DNA of 62,018 nucleotides, filler included, from Kipferlia bialata (Eukaryota), in the NCBI GenBank assembly GCA_003568945.1. It is 4 parts of 4 records of this genome, joined end to end, with 100 filler letters (N's around TTAATTAATTAA, not from the genome) between each part and the next. Parts side by side here need not be neighbours in the genome. Positions count along the whole stretch, not along the records: positions 22,988 to 45,872 come from BDIP01000275.1; 3 more parts are not named here. One strand, given 5' to 3'. Below, one piece after another: positions 24,755 to 39,673 of this stretch. A program made the translations under genes and the position numbers. Position 1 is the stretch's first letter. Every line of letters begins with the position of its first letter. Below the pieces are notes generated by a model. The model was not told the origin of the DNA. It saw only the letters and a list, made by a program, of their open reading frames with translations, and did not search any database.

Positions 24755-27700
24755 TTAAGGCAGAGGCATAAACACATCGTCCATGCATTCAAAGTTGTCG
24801 CCCTGTTGGAACAGGAGCACACTTCTGATGTCACTCTGCAGTCTATCCTCCACCGCTACACTGTCCTTTACATCAAGTGCCCCAGAACGGATGTCGTCGG
24901 CAATCTGGTCAGTGGCGTTCTGTAAGGAGAGACCAAGTGCGTTCACCTGCGCAACGACGTTGTTCTGGTTGACATTGAGACCGAAATCAAACTGAACGTC
25001 AAAGGACAAGTCATCTCCACACTCGCACCAGCCAACGAGGAAGGTAACGTAGACGTTCTCAAGCTGGCAGCTGGCAAGACCGTTGCCTGAGGCCCCGACC
25101 TGTATGGTAGCAGAAGCAGCAACACTAGAAGTTAGGGTGTCCGGGAGGGTCTCCACCATCGAGACCTGGTTGCAGCTAACACCACCCCCTACAACAACCT
25201 CGTCGTTTAGACCCTCACGCTTGTAGACGACGTTAGACCGTGACTTGGCCGAGGCTGTCTTACTACCCACAGTCACAATCTCCTGTCCTTGTATGTCGGC
25301 GTAGGTGTTGCTAGTGGGGCTTGTTATCTCATCGACTACGTCAGTAAGGGCCTGGTCAAGACCAGTTGGGACAGGGACTCCAAAGTCTACAGCTACGTCC
25401 TCGATTGCGTCGAGTGCTAGGATGAAGAGATCGTGGTCATCGATGCGGTTGTATGCCATTGACTGTGTCTGGATCACTGAGACTGCGGCACCTGTGACTG
25501 CCGCAGTGCACTCAGGTGGGTGGGTCCACGTCATTGTGTGCACACCATACCCAGAGACAGACTCTTCGAGAGGCTCATTGCCCCACACCCACTCATCGTC
25601 GTTGTCCTTGAGGTACACGTTCTTGGCGAAGGCGGAGCCCTTGCCACCGATAAAGTCGTGGTCTGTGAAGAGTATCACAGAGGCTGGTGGGGCGACAGTG
25701 AGGAAGTCATTGCGAGCAATCAGTTCCTGGGAGATACCCGCCTCTATCGTCTCCCTGTCAGTCTCTGTGCCATAGCTCTCAGCAACGGTTACATCGAGCT
25801 GACCGACAGAGTGACCGTCAGGTCTGATCACACTCTCGGCACAGCCTCCAGTCTCTCCGCACTGACACAGATCCTCGTTCACCACCTGTCCGTCTACGAA
25901 GCTGTTACCCTCAACATCGGTGGCCTCATATACTCTCACAGTAACCTCGGGCGTTCCCACTACAAATAGTAGAGAACCGTCTATACCGCAGGGAGACGAC
26001 TCAGGGTAGAGTTCCTGTATGACGATGGGATCCACAGGGAACTCTCCAGTACAAGCGCTGCTTGCTGTCACTGGGAGGAGAGGCACCTCTACGCTACAAG
26101 CTGTCACGACCCTAGTCTCGGGTGTTAGGCCAGTGAGTGTGATATCGTCGAGGGCTACTGCATGGGCCGTCTGATGGACAGCAGCAACACGACCAAAGGC
26201 ATCTGTGCACTTGTAGGTACGGACAACGAGGTTGAAGGGGTACATGGTCTGAGACTCGACCACATCCAGAGATGTGCCCTGTCCGTCTGTACAGGTGACA
26301 TCGGTGGGTGGCAGGGGAGAGGGTATCTCGCAAGGGAACTCTAGAGGTGAAAGTATGTCGGGTATGATTGTCGGGGCAGGGTAGGGGAGGACGAGCTCAA
26401 GGTTGGTGTCTTCACAGCTAGGGAAGAGTCCATGGAATGACTGATCCTCTACACCCTCATCGTGCTGCACCACGATAGTAAAGGGACCGCCGCACAGAGG
26501 GGGGAACGTGTAGTACCCGAACTCGTTTGAGACGGTTGTGTCACCAGTCTCAATTACTCTGACAACGGCGCCAGAGACCGGCAGCAGACCTGCCTCGGCA
26601 ACTACAAAGCCCTCGATTGTCTTGTCGTCACAGTCTGTGGTAGGGGTGCAGGTCAACACAGCGTCTACGTTCTCGACAAGACCACACTCGGGCACGTCGA
26701 CCTCAACATCCTCGGTGATGTAGGCAGGGTGGGTGAACTCGACGCGTAGGTTGGTAAACTCACCCGCAAATGGAGTGAGATCGATGAGGTGCTTACCCTG
26801 AGGGTCATTCGGGAAGTAGCTGGATATTTGACTAACTATTAAAAGTACAATCTGTAACCACTTACATTGGTATCGGTGATGGTACACTCGAGTGGGTCGG
26901 TGGCCGCAGGAGCATAGACACAGACGGTGACACTTGGCAGAAGCTGACCTGGCGGTAAGGCTCAAAACATACAGACTGAAACTGACATACAGGGTGTAAT
27001 GTGCACTATTCCTACCTGTTCTCTCTGCCGTCACCTGACCACTAATACCAAAGAACTCACAGGGTATGTCAATAGGAGTCAGGACAGCATCAATGTTCTC
27101 GACAAGGCCACACTCGGGCACTGAGACCTCAACATCCTCGGTGATGTAGGATGGGTGGGTGAACTCAACGCGTAGGTTGGTGAACTCACCGGCGAAGGGG
27201 GTGAGGTCGATGACATACTCTCCCTGAGAGTCAATCGCATAATGTGTATGTAGATGAGATACTGAGGGAGAACCTAAGGAAAACACTTACACTGGCGGTG
27301 GTGATGGTACACTCAAGTGGGTCGATGGATGCAGGAGCATAGACACAGGCGTCAGCATTTGGTATCGGCTGACCTGGGATGAGACTCAGCATTCAATTGA
27401 GAGTCACATATATGTATCAGACCATTGGTCTGAGACCAATACATAATTCGAGACCTGAAGTAGCTGACAACAATAGTAAGTAATATACCTGTCATCTCAT
27501 CCTGGACCTGGCCACTGACCCCAAAGAACTCACAGGGGACATTGATAGGAGTCAGGACAGCATCAATGTTCTCGACGATACCACACTCAGGTACGGAGAC
27601 CTCAACATCCTCAGTGAGGTAGACAGGGTGAGTGAACTCGACGCGTAGGTTGGTGAACTCTCCAGCGAAGGGGGTGAGGTCGATGGTATAGTCGCCCTGA

Positions 27701-28953
27701 GAGTGAGTGGTAGAGACATATACAGTGACACCCAAATATACTCAGGTGTATCTACATAACCACATGAACGCATAGTGATACTTATGTTGCAACAAGAGGA
27801 GGCTTGAACATGTATACCACTCACACTGATGTCGGTAACTGTACAGGCGAGTGGGTCAGTTGATGTCGGAGCATAGGCACAGACGTCGGCATCTGGGATA
27901 GGCTGACCTACAGTTAGACTCTAGTGTTGAACAGATCAAATAGACCATCCCAAATAGCTATACATATACGATATAGGCATATACACTCCTACCTGTCATT
28001 TCATCACGTACACTGCCACTGACACCGAGGGAGTCACAGGGGGTATCACGTAGGAAGTAGGGACCGCACTCCTCGACCTCAATGAAGGCTGGGGTGAGAG
28101 TGAGATGATACACTCATAGTAGTTGCGAAGAGGTGTGGGAACACAGTACTCATATAGCACAATACACTGTATCATAACAATCATATACTTCATATACCTG
28201 GGTACTCTGAATGGGCGATGACAGTAAATATAGTATACTGCATACAATGTTATTTATAGACTAGTATAATATACTAAATACCTGGGCACTCAGTAGGGGT
28301 AGGAGTACCCGTGCCAAGAGAGCAGGCCTCTTCGCAAGTGTCGGTCCCACATAGAAGTGTGGTATCGGGTGATACAGTGTGAGGATCAGGACACTCAAGA
28401 TCGAAGTTACAGCGGAGCTGGGGTGAGAGGCCAGCGACCAATGCAAGTATATGTCTGCAATGACACTATATTATATGTATATATGCAATGGTAAGTACGT
28501 AGGTATATATGGACGTCAGCGTTGTGGACGTCATCAGTATAAACATATCTACACACACACTTATATACATTCGAAGACAGACGCTAGAGTACCTGGACGT
28601 CTGCGACGCTGCCACTGGTGAGACCGGTGGGAATGGTACCCTGAACATAAGAAGAGAGAGAAAGTATAATAGTGTAACTCATAATATAGTAATGTGTAGA
28701 GTACATTACTGTACTATAGAGAGAAAGTACAGTACATAGTATATAGTAGAGAAATGTATAGAGTATACATACCTGTACATAGGAGCACTCTGCCATGAAG
28801 TGGTCAAGGATGGACTCATTGTATAGTATTGTGTAGAATACATTACTAATGTGTATATACATATATATATAGAGAGAGAGAATATATATACCTGTACATA
28901 GGAGCACTCTGCCATGAAGTGGTATATAGAATATGATACATAAAGAAAGAGGA

Positions 28954-28988
<35 letters not shown>

Positions 28989-30270
28989 GTATTGCTATAT
29001 ATATAGTATATATACCTGTACATATGAGCACTCTGCCATGAATTGGTCAAGGATGGGGTCGGTACCGAGGCAGGAGGGGAGTGCAGACTCTAGGTAGTTT
29101 CTGGAGTAGGTGTATGCCCATGGAAACGAGATGGATGCATTAAACCGGCACAGTGTGAGATATAGAGAGACAAGGTGTACCCATTGAGCAGAAGAGTGTG
29201 CAGACTGGGCATGGTGCACACACACTCAGGGAGAGGCCCAACGACACTGGCACCGTTGAGGTCAAGGATGCTGGGGTCAGAAAGAGTGTTGGTAAATAGA
29301 ATAACGTCGCTTGATGAACGATGACCCTAGTTGACAGAAAAGGAGAAGAGCGATAAGAGGTACCGCAGAAGGGAAAGGTCGCATATCTCCTCTGGGAATG
29401 GAGTGCGCATGTTGTTGTCGGGCATGACCTTGGGTGAGAGGCCAGTCGTTAGAGAGTGAGATGTGTTGCTACCCGGTGTCTAGAAGAGGGAGCAGTATGA
29501 CGGGAGGTCCAGAAAGAGAGTGGGACGGACCAGTGTTTGGAGGTGGGCGAGACAGCCGATCTCTGGTGGGAGCTGACCAGACATACCGAAGGAAGATAGA
29601 TCTAGGGAGGCCACGTGACCTGCAGCGGTACAACCCACGCCCTCCTGAGAGTGAGGCAGGGGGAGTGAGGAGGAGTGGGATAGTGATAGTGATAATTATA
29701 CCCTCCTGCCAGTCTGAGAGGGGGGGGTGAGAGGGAGAGGGAGAGAAAGGTCAGGTGAGAATAACAGCTGTGGATGAGGAAGAAGACCCCAGAAATATGA
29801 GAGAGAGCTTGGGCCGAGGAATGTGACAGAAAGAGAGACTGGGATTAGCGAGGCCCTCGCTGCGAGGGAAACAGCAAAAATATATGAGGGAGGCCCAACA
29901 CGTATGGGAGTGAGGGTTGAGTAGCCGGGAAGATCTCATTCTGACTAAGGATCGCGATGTATTTAAGAGATAGGTGGTACCAAGCCTTACACTGTAGAGA
30001 GAGAGAGAGACTCACCCATGTGCAGTGGTCAGGGTAGGACAGCCATCCAAGGCCCTGAGTCCACTCAGGCCCACCTGGAGATAAGGGGTAGAGCCATATT
30101 GGTAAGATATATGTATATGTTACGCTAGCGTAGGTGACGTGTGTACCTGTGGCCATGTAGATTGCCTCCAGAGCATCTCTCTCATTCGTCCCCTCACACG
30201 TGAACCCAGCACTCACTGGCATAGCGCACATCGCGCTGTAGAGCAACAACACACTCAGAAGGAGTATCAT
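24755..30270 (-). CDS. Secreted/surface protein: signal peptide, LRR N-cap and LRRs, Cys-rich linker, 4 carboxypeptidase-regulatory-like beta-sandwich repeats, HYR-like segments, unknown C-terminal domain
   Basis: ATG 30270 MILLLSVLLLYSAMCAMPVSA. Spliced ERDALEAIYMATG|GPEWTQGLGWLSYPDHCTW|EGVGCTAAGHVASLDLSSFGMSGQLPPEIGCLAHLQTL|VMPDNNMRTPFPEEICDLSLLR|ILDLNGASVVGPLPECVC. Repeats of the form GVSGQVxDEMTG|QPIPxAxVC...|GxYxIDLTPFAGEFTNLRVEFTHP. Long last exon ends at TAA 24755. Confidence 0.85.
26660..28040 (-). repeat. Three tandem copies of a two-exon domain module with conserved intron positions
   Basis: IDLTPFAGEFTNLRVEFTHPxYxTEDVEVxVPECG recurs near 27690, 27215 and 26790, each preceded by an exon GQxxPxxxxCxYAPxxxDPLxCT. 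The introns differ in sequence. Confidence 0.9.
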
Positions 30271-30840
30271 ATATCTAGGGTGTATGTAAAAGAGTGTTGC
30301 CGCCAAGTCGGTCAAACGCTTGACTGTTGAGGGGTATCTGCGTCCTGTAGAGAGAGAGAGAGAGAGAGAGAGGGAGATGGCATCCGAAGGTGTGAACAGT
30401 AAAACGTCTTCCCGTTGTCGATACAGACCGTATCATACAGTTGAGACTATCAACTGGACAGACATTACACTTAAGCCTGAAGTGTTTGTGAGAAGTGTCT
30501 GGACCCGAGATTGAGTATTCTATAAATCCAAGGTACTAGGCCAGCTAGTATGACTTGATGCTGCTTTGGTCATGTCTTGGACTGAAGCATGAGTGGACTG
30601 CTAACAGCAGTGCTGCCAGGATATATCGAATGACTCTTCAATTCTATTATCTAATCAAACTATAAACTCAAATTCTCCCGCACACGTATCAGGAACGCAA
30701 ACGGATTCAACACAAAACAACACATCCAAACACTGATCTCGTAACAACCGCAACGGACAAGCACAGTCCTACTGACTCATCTCCCCTCTAAGTCACAGTC
30801 TAAGACCCATAGACAGTGACACCTCGGTGTAGACTGGTGT

Positions 30841-33800
30841 CTATGAGAACGTGATGTGGCGGAACACGGCCGGGTTGTAACTCACACGCTGAAAATGAGA
30901 AAGTGACTTCACCAACAAACTAGCCTATAACATAGATACAAAGAAACTCGATACAGAGACCTGAACACTCTCAGAATAATATGAGATACACGACCATACC
31001 TGGCTCTGTATGACCTGGGGGGCCTTGTTGCGGCCCTTGAAACGGCACAGACGGATCTAGAGGTGAGAGGCATCCAAACAGTGATATGAATACACACACT
31101 TTCTTATATATATGAATATTTAGGGGTGAGTGGCATCCGCCCTGTGACAGTATATATAGATATACATACCTCCACTGGTAGCACCAGTGTCTCTGAGTCG
31201 GGGTAGGCCTAAACAGCCATCTCTCTCTCTCTTTCTCTAAAAATGTGTATATATATATATATAGTATATACACAGCTATTACCTCTACAGTCACCACCTG
31301 CAGAGCCTCCACTCTCTCTCTCTGTATATACATATAGCATATATACAAGTGTGTATGATAGTGTATATACCTCCACTGGTAGCACTAGTGTTTCTGAGTC
31401 GGGGTGCCTGGACAGCCACCTCTCTCTCTCTGCCAATATATATACATATGGCATATATATATATATATGGTATATATAGTATATACATAACGATTACCTC
31501 CACTGGCAGTACGAGTGTCTCTGAGTCAGGGTATGCCTGGACAGGAGAGGGTCGGAGAGGCCCCACAACAGTACCATTGGCAGCAGTCAGAGCTTCGAGA
31601 ACCTATGTATAAGACAGTATCACGAGTGAGAGATCCAAATAGAATCACGGATGGGAGTACGTTGAAATAGTAGAATAGGGAATATGCACTCTCTCACCTG
31701 GGTACCGAATGTGTTTCTCTGCACCGCCACACCATCTCTCTCCCTCACACTATCTCTCTCTCGCTCTCTCTCTCTCTCCCTCACACTCTGCCCTTCCACT
31801 ATGCTATCACTACGGTCGGGTGTGTCGAGAGCAGCGACTGCGACTGCGTCCTCTCTCTCTCTCTCCCTTTCCTCGGCCTCTGCCTCTCCCTCTCCCTCTG
31901 TCACTATAGCGATAGAGACAGGCTCTACAGCTGGAGATGCATCTGCAGGTACAGACTCGACAGGAAGCATTGACACTCCCTCTAATGCTGCAAATGGAGG
32001 AACAGTGTCCAGAGGCTGGCTGGGAAGAGGAAGAGAAGAGAGAACAACATCTCCTTCTGTCTCCTCGGACACTGACAGTGCCACTGCCACATCTCTCTCT
32101 CCCTCTCTCTCTCCCTCTGACCCCTCAGAGACTGATAGTGCAGGTGGTGCCAACTCAGCATCAATAGGAACAGGGATGGACTGTCCGCCTACCTCTCCCT
32201 CAACACTCTCTCTGTCAGACTGGGTTGTAACCGATGTCTCAGCAGACGATGTTGAGAGAGTGGTTGTGCTCGATGGCTGACCCACACTCACTTGGACACC
32301 CACATCAGCCGCAGTGTCTCTCTCTCCCTCTCTCTCTGGGCTAGGAGTTCCACCCTCCTCAGGGACAGTGGTGCTCTCAACACTCTCTGCGGACTGCAGT
32401 CTATCCCCAGCACCTGGTCTTACTCTCCCGTCTCTCTCTCTCTCTCCTACTTGTACTCCTCTGACAGGTGTAGCGACACCTGGTATGGCTAGGGTGGACC
32501 CGAAAGTGAGGTCGGAGCTTACCATCCTAGGGGGTCAAAGAGAGTCAAACAGGTAGAGTCATAGAGGGTCAGAAACAAAGAATTAGAAACAAAGAGAGAG
32601 AGAAAAATTGTATAGCATGGCAGGGAGAATGAGAGAGGATTCAATCAGGGATAGAAAGAATCATGGTACGATGGTGGAGATAGATTAACTAGTGCAAAGT
32701 GTACCTGGCGACTGGCGAGTTGAGGGAGAGAGTGGAGGACTCTCCCTCTCCCTCTGCCTCTCTATCTGTGTCTGTCAGCTCAACAGTCTCCACGGGGTTG
32801 TCATCCATCTCTCTCTCCCCCTCTCCCCGTGTGGGAATAGTAGTAACTCCATCGTTGACGTCAGTCGCCTCCCTCTCCCTCTCTGTCTCTGCTCTCCCTC
32901 TCTCTCTCCCCCTGTCTGTCTCTGTCTGACCCACTCGGATGGGTAGGTGGCAGGCCTAGGAGTTAGACTATACAATATACAATATACAGAGTGTATAGCA
33001 CAACATATATATATGATAGAGAGAAGACACAGAAGGGAGACAGTTATATATGGGACACACGTGCCCACTCTGATGGGTATATAAAAGACACACATATATA
33101 TCACATATCGAAAGATAGACATACCCAATCCATTAAACAAATAATGCTGCCAAGTAAGATGTAGTGATAAACTACGGACAGGACACTCCCTTATACCCCG
33201 TATACCACATACCTCCGGTGCATGCTAAATACACATGGATATACTATATATACTGTCCTATACCTCCGGTGCATACAGCATAGAGGTGTCTATCTCCTTG
33301 GGCCCACCCTCAGAGATGGGGTCGTTGGTGAGAGAGGCGCAGGCCTAGGGGGTGAGGGTATTCACACTTACATATATGTGATTATATGTATATATATGTA
33401 TGTGACATATATGTAAACACTCAGAGATGGGGTCGTTGGTCAGGGAGGCACAGGCCTGAAGGTAAGTCAATTAGTACATATACATACACAATAATAACAC
33501 TGTGTATATACCAGTATATATAGTATATGTACACATAGTAGAGAGAGACAACACTCAGAGATGGGGTCATTGGTAAGGGACGCACAGGCCTAGTAGTGAG
33601 TATCTACATATACCAGTATGCATAAGTATACTAGTATGTGAGGGTATATGCAGTATTGAGGAATAACACTCACACATGGGGTCTTTGGTGAGAAGTACTA
33701 AGTGTTGGACACTAGAATGCACTATACCTCCACTACAGTACATACAGAGATCTATCATATAACACAGTTTAGTAGTATATATAGTAATAATATATATATT

Positions 33801-36800
33801 TAGCGTACCTCCACTACAGCATGGGGTGGCTGGAACATTGGTCTGTTAGGCCTGAGCCATGCCGGGTGGCCATCACCAAAGAGATAGCCGGGGAGGTAGT
33901 CGTGCCAGCCTAGGGTTAGAATACTAATACATTCGTACACACACACATATATATAGAGAAAGAGAGGTATATGCAGGATGACCATCACCAAAGAGATAGC
34001 CAGGGAGATAGTCGTGCCAGCCTAGAGTCAGTATTGAAATGTGTACATGTATATGTGTGTGGACACACAAAGAATGATATGACTTATGAGACCACCACAA
34101 ATGGAGGTAGTTGTGCCAGCCTAGGGTGAGTGCAGGTATGTATGGGAATCCGAGAGCGAGCGAAACTGACCATAAATGATTACTAGTGAGTATAGATGGT
34201 GAAAGTACCCGACGTATATGCCTGTCAAAGCGAATACTCCATTGTAAGTGTCAATCATTGTATATGTATATGAGAGAGAGAGGGGGGGGGCAGAGAGAGT
34301 ATATACCTATGGGTACTGTGTGGTGCAGGGGTACAGTGACTACATCCCATTATATGGATAGACAGTGTACATATCCTTGATACATATATTGCACACACGA
34401 ATGTATATTCATTACTATAGGTATACATATATACCAATTGGTACTGTGTGGTGCAGGGGTGCAGTCACTATGTATATATATACACACTCAGTGTCTCTAT
34501 ATATGGTATATATATACATATATATGTTCATATACACATGTACCTATGGATGCTGAGATAGAGAGAGAGAGAGAGAGTATATACCTATGGGTGCTGTGTG
34601 GTGCAGGGGTGCAGTGACTATGTCTACGAAGGTGGACTCCCCATTCACCCAGGAGCCACTGGGGGTGAGAGAGATATAATGAAGATAGTATGTGTACACA
34701 TTAGTGTGTATGTAAACAATACGATTGAAAACATATCCATTGACAGAGACGCCGCAAGGAGTAATTAAATATACTGTCCAGCCACCTATATGTCATGAGG
34801 TATATATTGAGACTATTGTTGTATATACCGAATATTTGATAAATAGAACTGGTGCACAATGGGACCTACTGCTGTTAGCTTATATGAGTGGACCAGTTAG
34901 ACAATATACACAAGTAGTGATACTGATTGTATCATCTAAACTACTGAATCTATTGGTACCTATATATATATATATATATGCATTGTATATTGTACATTAG
35001 CATAGTCATTTGTACCTGTTGGCGTATATGAGTGGACCTGTCATACGGGGACGCTCATCAAACACCTGAGGTGGGAGAGAGAGGGGGGTGGTGATAGATG
35101 ACTGACAGAAATGGTACTCAATACTGCTATTGATATGAATGTATAGGCAACCCAGATATGGTGTACAATACCTCCTTGATGTACATCAGTCCCCTCTCCT
35201 TCTCAAAGTAGGATATGTCCACACACACATATATAATACTGACTATACTATAGATATACTGCTGTGTCTATATGCATATACTCAATATACTACACTATAC
35301 CATGTACCTCCTTGATGTACAGCAGTCCCCTCTCCTTCTCAAAGTAGGAGATGTCCCCAGCCTTGTACAGCAACTTGACCTGGGGTCAGAGGGAATAGGC
35401 ATATATATATATATATGTGAACAGGGAATGCGTATAGCAAGTGCATACATGTATACAACAGAGATAATACAAAGTAGTGTTGAAGATGTGTCACCAGCCT
35501 TGTAGAGCAGCTTGACCTGGGGTAAGACTCGTCTACATATGTATTCTAATTTATATATAGTGCACGTATATACTAATATATATGACTATATACCTCCTTG
35601 ACCAGCTTTGTCTTGAGCACCTTCAGGTTGCAACACTCCCTATATATATATATATATGGCCACTATACTCAATTCAATATGTATATATATATACATATAT
35701 ATCTGTGTGTATATATACCTCCTTGACCAGCTTTGCCTTCAGCACCCTCAGGTTGTAGTCCTGCCGGGGCTTGTAGAGCCTATGGGTAAGATATGTATAT
35801 TGTATATAGTATATTGTAATGTATATGTGTATATATACGTATGTATGATACTGCAGTTTGTAGTCCTGTCTGGGCGTGTAAAGGCTAGAGAGTTAGATGT
35901 CTCTATATATGTTGGCAGTTAGTCATCGATATACATTTTGCCTGGTGATGTAATGTGCAACATGTAATGTATGAAATATGTTAACATACCGAGCTTGGCT
36001 CTTGAGTATGGGCATGTGGACACATAACATAGGGTATATGTATAGAGTAGTGTAAGTGTGTATTGTAAATATATATATATATACTATATACATACCATGC
36101 GTGGCTCTTGAGTATGGTCATGTGATCACATGATATAAAGTATATATATTTAGTAGTGTATAAGTGTAGTGTACATATATACTCACCGTGCGTGGCTCTT
36201 GAGTATGGGCATGTGGGTACAATACACAATGCATATAACGTATATGTATGTAGTGGTTACACTTTATGTATACATATGTATATATATAATCTACATACCG
36301 AGCGTGGCTCTTGAGTATGGGCATGTGGGTATAATGCACTATGTCTACATATGTATAAAGGTCTACAAAAGTATATATGTGTGTCTGATTTCAACGTATT
36401 ATTCATATATATAGCGTATATAGTATACATACCGAGCATGGCTCTTGAGTATGGGCATGTGGGTGTGACCGGCAATCTCACACAGCCTGGGGGTCAACAA
36501 TCATGGACCAAATATATATATATATGTATGTAGAAAGACATATATATAGGGGGAGAGAGAGACAGGATATCACGTCATATGGATGTGACCGGCAATCTCA
36601 CACAGCCTGGGGTGAGTATGATTATAGAGATTCTTACTAACTGTGGAACAGTTGTATGTCAGTATTGCTCTATATACTCAGACACTCACCATGGGCTCCT
36701 GTTGAGCCATGTACATAGAGTGTCTCTCCCTAATACATTACACAATTGCACTTATATGTATGTGTATGTACATACTATACTCACCATGGACTCCTGTTGA

Positions 36801-37443
36801 GCCAGTACCCGAAGCCACCCTTATATATATATATATGTATATATATATACATATTTACATATATGTATCATGTTAATATACTATATACACTATCAATAGA
36901 TGCTTGACTCACCATGGGCTCCTGTTGAGCCAGTACCCAAAGCCACCTTATCTATATATATATTAATATATACGTATTTATGTATGTACCATGATATATA
37001 TACTATATATACTATCAATACACATCCACTCACCATGGACTCCTGTTGAGCCAGTACCCAAAGCCACCCTGACATATATATTTATATATATATACATATA
37101 TTTATGTACCATGTAATATATACTATATATAAACTATATATACTATCAATAGATGCTTGACGCACCATGGACTCCTGTTGAGCCAGTACCCGAAGCCCTC
37201 TCTTTCTCTTCCTCTTTCTGACACCACAAACATATCCTATAAACATGTGTATATGCATACTATACTCACCATGGACTCCTGTTGAGCCAGTAACCAAAGC
37301 CACCCGTGATGGAGGACCTGGGGGTGAGAGAGTGGTACCAGTGCAAGTGATGGGAGAGAGAGAGAGAGAGAGAGAGATACCCGTGATGGAGGACCTAGGG
37401 GTGAGGGACGATAATGTATATACACACACACACATATATATAC

Positions 37444-37474
<31 letters not shown>

Positions 37475-38703
37475 CATAGCGAGAGAGAGAGAGAGAGAGA
37501 GAGATTCCCGTGATGGAGGACCTAGGGGTGAGAGCAGACACAACTGCAAAGAGAGACACTCTTAGAAATAGAGACAGCAACTAAGGACTATATATTGATA
37601 TATATACTTATATAGCGAGAGAGAGAGTAAGAGCGGAACCTCATCATGGCTGCTGTCTCAATCTGCGGAACCTCATCATGCCTGCAATACATATATATAT
37701 GTATCTATGCATCTATCTCCCTATCTATCTATCTATCTATCTATATCCATATATATCTATAGATATAGAGATATACCTCATCATGGCTGCTGTCTCAATC
37801 ATGCCAGTAATACTTATATATCTATATATCTATATCTCTCTATCTCTCTATCTATCTGCATATCTATCTATCTACCTATCTATATCTATATATACATATC
37901 TAGAATCTATATATATATATCAATATATACACGTATATCTATATACCTCATCATGGCCGCTGTCTCAATCATGCCCCGCTTGGCCTTGGACTCCTTGACC
38001 TGATGTCAGTGTGTATATAGTATACATATATAGTATGTACATCAGTATATACTATGTATACACATGTATATGTATACTAGGTGTATCGTATGTATATGCC
38101 CCGCTTGCCCTTGGACTCCTTGACCTGGGGATAGGGTCATACGCATCGATATATACATATGTTTACATCGATGTATATGGTACTCTTAATGGCTTCAACA
38201 TACCAGCTTCGAATATCGTCGCTTGATCTCAGGAAGTGTCTCTCTCTCTCTCTCTATACACTACTATTGTATTCACTATATACATTCACTCACCAGCTTG
38301 GAGTATCTCCTCTTGATCTCGGGAAGTGTCACGAGCTCTCCCTCCTCCATCACATAGGCACGGCTGGGGATGAGATACTCCTCTCAACATTGATGAATGA
38401 AGATCTTCTAAATGATACCTTCTGAGTCTCTGCCAGTCCCCCATGAAGAAATCTCTCTCTCATCATACATATATGTGTGTGGGTAAACATATGAATATGA
38501 TATATACGTATACAAATACCTTCTTAGGCTCTGCCAGTCACTCATGAAGGCAGACTCAAACAGCAGCTTGACAAAGTATGAGGAGAAGGCCTGTCTAGCA
38601 GTGGGCTTCAACAGGAGGGACATGAACCTAAAGGTGAGGCATACATATACTAGAAGGAGAGAGAGAGACAGGATGCGGAGAAGGCCTGACGGCTTCAGGA
38701 GTA

Positions 38704-38741
<38 letters not shown>

Positions 38742-39627
38742 GACATGAACCTGAGAGCCAGTGAATTGGCATAGGCATGTATGAATTCAGACCCACACAT
38801 ATGTATACCGTGCGCACTCTGACACTCTATACACCATACACTATATATAGTACAGGTTATCCGTTATAGTACACTATATCCATACCTGTCACTGGGCATG
38901 CTGAGTGCAGAGATGATTAATACATATAGTGCATATTCCCGTCTCGATGAGTACTCTGTACTCTCTATATACACACATGTATGTATGTAATATATATACA
39001 CTGCACCTGTCACTGGGCATGCTTGATGAGTGCTGATATGATTAATACATATCTCACGCATTTGTATGTACCATATTACATATGACGTATAATAGAAATA
39101 CTCCCTATGTAGTGTATACTCTGTATACCTGTCACTGGGCATGCTGAGTGCTGATAAACTTATACTTATAGAGTGCATATTTCTGTCAAGAGGAGTACTC
39201 TGTACTCTCTATATACACACATGTATGCATATATATATGTGTATATCTATCCATACCTGTCACTTGGCATGCTGAGTGCTGATATCAGACCCTCGGGGGC
39301 CTGGTCCTGGGGGTTAGATATATATAGACTACATATACTGTACTATATACAAATATAGATCTAGTATAATATGCGAGATATACGTGGCCCATGTACCTGG
39401 TCCGGGTAAGAGGTATCAGTAAGTGATATGGTTAAGTAGAGATGTGTACTACACTTGCGTATATATATATCCCATCATGAGTATGTACTAGATACAAGTC
39501 GTGAAGTATCATCACTCACATCAGTGTTCCCGACGTGTGCGTATGCCCTAGACACAAAGTACCCCAGGGCCTGGTGGGTGTGGCCGTCCTCGGGGTTGGG
39601 TCTGAGGGTTAGATATAGGAGTAGATT

Positions 39628-39673
<46 letters not shown>

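Noticed and set aside
26800..27286. N-terminus of the 843-aa ORF as a real protein start
   Set aside because: It reads through introns and an out-of-frame exon; the spliced model starts at 30270.
36687..37290. Regularly spaced 20-35 nt repeats resembling a CRISPR array
   Set aside because: The repeats are pieces of the adjacent exon with splice donors, the spacers are (TA)n-rich intron, there are no cas genes, and the context is eukaryotic.
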